NCBI GenBank assembly: GCA_903929005.1
Contig: CAIYTC010000177.1
Span: 1-56,189, forward strand
Length of the DNA stretch: 56,189 bases
Source: an uncultured Dehalococcoidia bacterium
GTDB lineage: Bacteria; Chloroflexota; Dehalococcoidia; GIF9; UBA5629
Direction of reading: 5' to 3'
The translations under genes were made by a program, and so were the position numbers. Positions 52,904 through 56,189 of this stretch are shown in pieces. The notes below the pieces were generated by a model. That model had not been told where the DNA came from. It saw only the letters and a list, made by a program, of their open reading frames with translations, and made no database searches. Position 1 is the first letter of the stretch, and each line of letters starts with the position of its first letter.

Positions 52904-55900
52904 ATGTCATTCGTCCATCTTCACGTCCATTCTTATTACAGCTTCCTCGACGGCGCCGCCTCCCCGGCTGACCTTGTCGAGAAGGCCAGACACTTCGGCA
53001 TGCCGGCGCTGGCGCTCACCGACCATAACCGCCTGACCGGCGCCATCAGGTTCTACGACGCGGCCAAAAAGTCCGGCGTCAAGCCTATCATCGGGGCGGA
53101 GGTGGATATAGAAGGCGGCTTCCATCTTACGCTCCTCTGCAAGGATATGGCAGGCTACTCGAACCTCTGCCGCTTGCTCACCACCATGCACTGCAGCCGG
53201 CGTGGAGATAAGCCTGCCGCCGCACACGGCCTGCTGGCCAGGCGTCATGCTGGCCTCATCGCACTCTCCGGCTGCAGGCACGGCGAAATACCTTCGCTCC
53301 TCAGCAAAGGGGACAGCCACGGCGCCACCATAGCCGCCGGCTTCTACCGCGAGGTTTTCGGCGACGATTTTTTTATCGAGCTTAGCCGCTACCCCTCGAA
53401 AGAGGGGACGCCCCTGTGCTACAGGTTAGCCAGCTTCGCCCACGAACAGGGCATCCCGGCGGTGGCCACCAATAACGTCCATCACCTCGGCATGAGCGAC
53501 TACCGCACCAGGGAACTGCTCAACGCCATCGGATTAATCGTGCCCGTCTCACATTTACCCGGCCCGCGCACCGTGGAGCAGTACTTCAAATCGCCCGCCG
53601 AGATGCAACGCCTCTTCAAAGACTTCCCCGGCGCGGCCGCCATGTCGCTGGAAATAGCTTCACGCTGTAATCTGGAACTTGAGCTGGGCAAAGCGCATTT
53701 CCCCAAATTCGACCTTCCCCCCGGGCAGAGCGCAGCCGGCCTCCTGCGTCAACTGGCCATAGCCGGCACAGAGAGTAAATACGGCGCTCTGACGCCCGCT
53801 CTGTCGGCCCGCCTGGAGATGGAGCTTGCTACCATCGAAAAGCTCGGCTTTTGCGGCTATTTCCTGGTGGTATGGGATATCGTGCGCTGGGCCAGGGCGC
53901 GCGGCATACGCTGCCAGGCGCGCGGCAGCGCCGTGGACAGCCTGGTGGTCTACGTGCTGGATATCAGCAACGCCGACCCCGTCCACTATAACCTGCTCTT
54001 CGAACGCTTCATGCACCCGTTGCGCAACGAGCCCCCCGATATCGACCTGGATATCGACCGCCGCCGCCGAGACGAGGTGCGCGACTATATCTATCAGAAA
54101 TACGGCGCGGAGAATGTCTCCTGCGTGGCCACCATCAATACCTACCTGGCGCGCGGCGCCATCCGCGATGCCGGCAAGGCGCTGCAGGTACCGCAGTCCG
54201 TTATCGAAGAGGCCTGCCAGGGCATACACTGGCTTTCCGCCTCAAAGCTGCTGGAGAAAGCCGCAACGCTTCCTGAATTGAAGGACAGCACCGTGTACAA
54301 AAGGCCCGGGTTGAAGGAGTTTTTCAGGCTGTGCGCCGCCATCGGCCATTTCCCCAAACACCTCTCGGTTCACCTGGGCGGCCTGCTCATCGGCGAAGGC
54401 CGGCTCTCAGATCTCGTACCGCTCGAACCATCCAGCGGCGGCGACGTCATCAGCCAGTACGACAAGGACGATATCGAAAGGCTGGGACTGGTCAAGATGG
54501 ACCTGCTGTCACTGCCCACCATCACGGTCATCGAGCAAGCCGTGCACAGCATTAAGCAAAACCGCGGCACCGCTTTAGACATAGATAAAATACCGCGCGA
54601 TGACCCTGCCACTTTTGCCATGCTGCGCGAAGGCAAAACCATCGGCGTCTTCCAGCTTGAGTCCCCGGCGCAGCGCGAGATGGCGGGCCGCCTGCTCCCG
54701 CAAAATTTCGACGATATCATCATCTCGCTCTCCCTGGTACGGCCCGGCCCGCTCAAATCCAGCATGGACAAAACCTACCTCGCCCGCCGCCACGGACGGG
54801 AAGCGCTGAGCTATACGCACCCAAGCCTGGAGGGTGCGCTGGCGGAGACGCTGGGCGTCATCCTTTACCAGGAGCAGGTGCTGCGCGTGGCGCACGACCT
54901 GGCCGGCCTGAGCTACGCCGAGGCCGACGGCTTCCGCCGCGCCATGACCCATGACCGCACCGGCGGGGAGATGGAGAAAATGCGGCTATCCTTCATCAAC
55001 AGCGCCATGCGCAAGGAGGTCAAGCGCGGCGTGGCCGAGGAGGTCTTCGAACAACTGGCCGCCTTCGCCGCCTACGGCTTCTGCAAGGCCCACGCCGCGG
55101 CCTACGCCGTCCTCTCCTACCAGACGCTCTGGCTGAAATGCCATTACCCGGCCGAGTTCTTCGCCGCCATACTCTCCAACCAGCCCATGGGCTACTACCC
55201 GCCGCGCGTGCTGGCCGCCGAGGCCCGCCGCTGCGGCGCCGCCATCCTGCCGCCGGATGTGAATAAATCCTCCGGCCTCTACACGGTGGAAGGAGACACC
55301 ATCCGCGTCAGCCTCAGCCAGGTCAAGGGCATCAGCCACGAAGCCGTCGCCTCCATTATTCAGCGCAGGGGCGAGGCCGGCTTCACCTCGCTGCGTGACT
55401 TCGTCCTGCGCGTGGAGGCCGGCCAGCCCATGATCGAAAACCTGGTGAAGGTAGGCGCCCTGGACTGCTTCGGCAGCCGCGCGGCAATGCTGGCAGAGAT
55501 ACCGGCCCTCCTGCAATTCAAGCGCAGGAAGACAGGGGTGGAAATGGACCTCCATCACCATGAGATTGCCGCGGCCTGCGGCCTCGCAATGACAGGCTCA
55601 CCCGGCAACGTCATTGCGGGCGCTTCCCCTTATGTCATTGCGGGCGTTCCCCCCTATGTCATTGCGAGCGGAGCGAAGCAATCTGTTGACAAGGCGAACC
55701 TGCTGGCCGAACGCGAAATCCTCTCGCTCGACCTTTCAGCACACCCGCTGGACTTCTGTAACCTTGAGGACGGCTTTACCCGCATAAAAGACCTCCCGGC
55801 GCTGCCCACCGGGCAGGCTATTAAAATTGCAGGGTCGGTCATACGTTACCAGGCGCCGCCCACGCGCACCGGCAAGCGCGTGGTATATATCATCCTGGAG

Positions 55901-56068
55901 GACGGCAGCGGCGTGGCCGACGTCACGGTCTTCAGCGACGTGCAGGAGAAATGCGGCAGGGTGCTCTTCCGCAGTGGCTGGCTTGAGATTCGGGGCAAAA
56001 TCCAGCGCCGGGGACCGAAATCGCTCTCCATCATCGCCGACGAACTGAGGCCGCTTAAAACACGTTAA
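52904..56068 (+). CDS. dnaE2: DNA polymerase III alpha family, probably error-prone DnaE2
   Basis: PHP HLHVHS, RGSA, PPDIDLD, GVFQLESP, YGFCKAHA, NQPMGYYPP, OB fold; SOS box upstream. Confidence 0.85.
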   Translation: MSFVHLHVHSYYSFLDGAASPADLVEKARHFGMPALALTDHNRLTGAIRFYDAAKKSGVKPIIGAEVDIEGGFHLTLLCKDMAGYSNLCRLLTTMHCSRRGDKPAAAHGLLARRHAGLIALSGCRHGEIPSLLSKGDSHGATIAAGFYREVFGDDFFIELSRYPSKEGTPLCYRLASFAHEQGIPAVATNNVHHLGMSDYRTRELLNAIGLIVPVSHLPGPRTVEQYFKSPAEMQRLFKDFPGAAAMSLEIASRCNLELELGKAHFPKFDLPPGQSAAGLLRQLAIAGTESKYGALTPALSARLEMELATIEKLGFCGYFLVVWDIVRWARARGIRCQARGSAVDSLVVYVLDISNADPVHYNLLFERFMHPLRNEPPDIDLDIDRRRRDEVRDYIYQKYGAENVSCVATINTYLARGAIRDAGKALQVPQSVIEEACQGIHWLSASKLLEKAATLPELKDSTVYKRPGLKEFFRLCAAIGHFPKHLSVHLGGLLIGEGRLSDLVPLEPSSGGDVISQYDKDDIERLGLVKMDLLSLPTITVIEQAVHSIKQNRGTALDIDKIPRDDPATFAMLREGKTIGVFQLESPAQREMAGRLLPQNFDDIIISLSLVRPGPLKSSMDKTYLARRHGREALSYTHPSLEGALAETLGVILYQEQVLRVAHDLAGLSYAEADGFRRAMTHDRTGGEMEKMRLSFINSAMRKEVKRGVAEEVFEQLAAFAAYGFCKAHAAAYAVLSYQTLWLKCHYPAEFFAAILSNQPMGYYPPRVLAAEARRCGAAILPPDVNKSSGLYTVEGDTIRVSLSQVKGISHEAVASIIQRRGEAGFTSLRDFVLRVEAGQPMIENLVKVGALDCFGSRAAMLAEIPALLQFKRRKTGVEMDLHHHEIAAACGLAMTGSPGNVIAGASPYVIAGVPPYVIASGAKQSVDKANLLAEREILSLDLSAHPLDFCNLEDGFTRIKDLPALPTGQAIKIAGSVIRYQAPPTRTGKRVVYIILEDGSGVADVTVFSDVQEKCGRVLFRSGWLEIRGKIQRRGPKSLSIIADELRPLKTR
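55562..55684. repeat. GTCATTGCGAG-family element, copy 5, in frame within dnaE2
   Basis: GAGATTGCCGCGGCC..CCTCGCAATGAC, then 24-bp-period units starting GTCATTGCG at 55610, 55634 and 55658, ending GCGAAGCAATCT. Confidence 0.85.
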
Positions 56069-56079
56069 ATTTTACTCAT

Positions 56080-56118
56080 AAAAAAAGCAGAGGACGCCTG
56101 AGTGCCGGCGCCCCCTGC
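56080..56118 (-). terminator. Rho-independent terminator of a convergent transcript
   Basis: Minus strand GCAGGGGGCGCC-N8-GGCGTCCTCTGC-T7, with G-U pairs on the minus strand. Confidence 0.7.
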
Positions 56119-56189
56119 CGTGGGAGGAGAACCGCAGAGATTCAAATCATTCGCATTGCTAAAATTATCGAGCAGACAATCAGCAATCC

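Noticed and set aside
55610-55670. Possible CRISPR-like array
   Set aside because: Only about 2.5 units of 24-bp period with near-identical spacers, inside a CDS; no cas genes in the window

Overview
Chromosomal window from an anaerobic bacterium, most likely Dehalococcoidia (Chloroflexota). This is inferred from a GuaB3-type IMPDH-like gene, a GAAC-N4-GTTC-type SOS box and the style of the lipoproteins. From left to right it holds: membrane and surface proteins; guaB3; a redox cluster (FAD-linked oxidoreductase/CCG fusion, C_GCAxxG_C_C protein, CoA-disulfide reductase-rhodanese); a GatZ-like epimerase-PfkB kinase fusion; a RhuM/pRiA4b islet; six tandem long-chain acyl-CoA ligases; rlmN; an unannotated, highly structured ~290-nt transcription unit; and a co-directional catabolic run (two more acyl-CoA ligases, nitronate monooxygenase-like protein, enoyl-CoA hydratase, a phytoene-desaturase-family/FNR/2Fe-2S fusion, and an atypical glycyl radical enzyme with its activase). 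After that come an extended arsenic island (arsM, acr3, two arsG-like, arsR, arsP, arsE/F-like genes and three Ig-fold lipoproteins ending in Phe-Cys-Cys), a MarR/Fe-S pair, and an SOS-boxed small gene plus dnaE2. A GTCATTGCGAG-type palindromic repeat occurs five times, once in frame inside dnaE2. The best novelty candidates are the structured RNA, the glycyl radical/desaturase-fusion locus and the Cys-Cys lipoprotein extension of the ars island. All calls come from reading motifs by eye; no searches were run.
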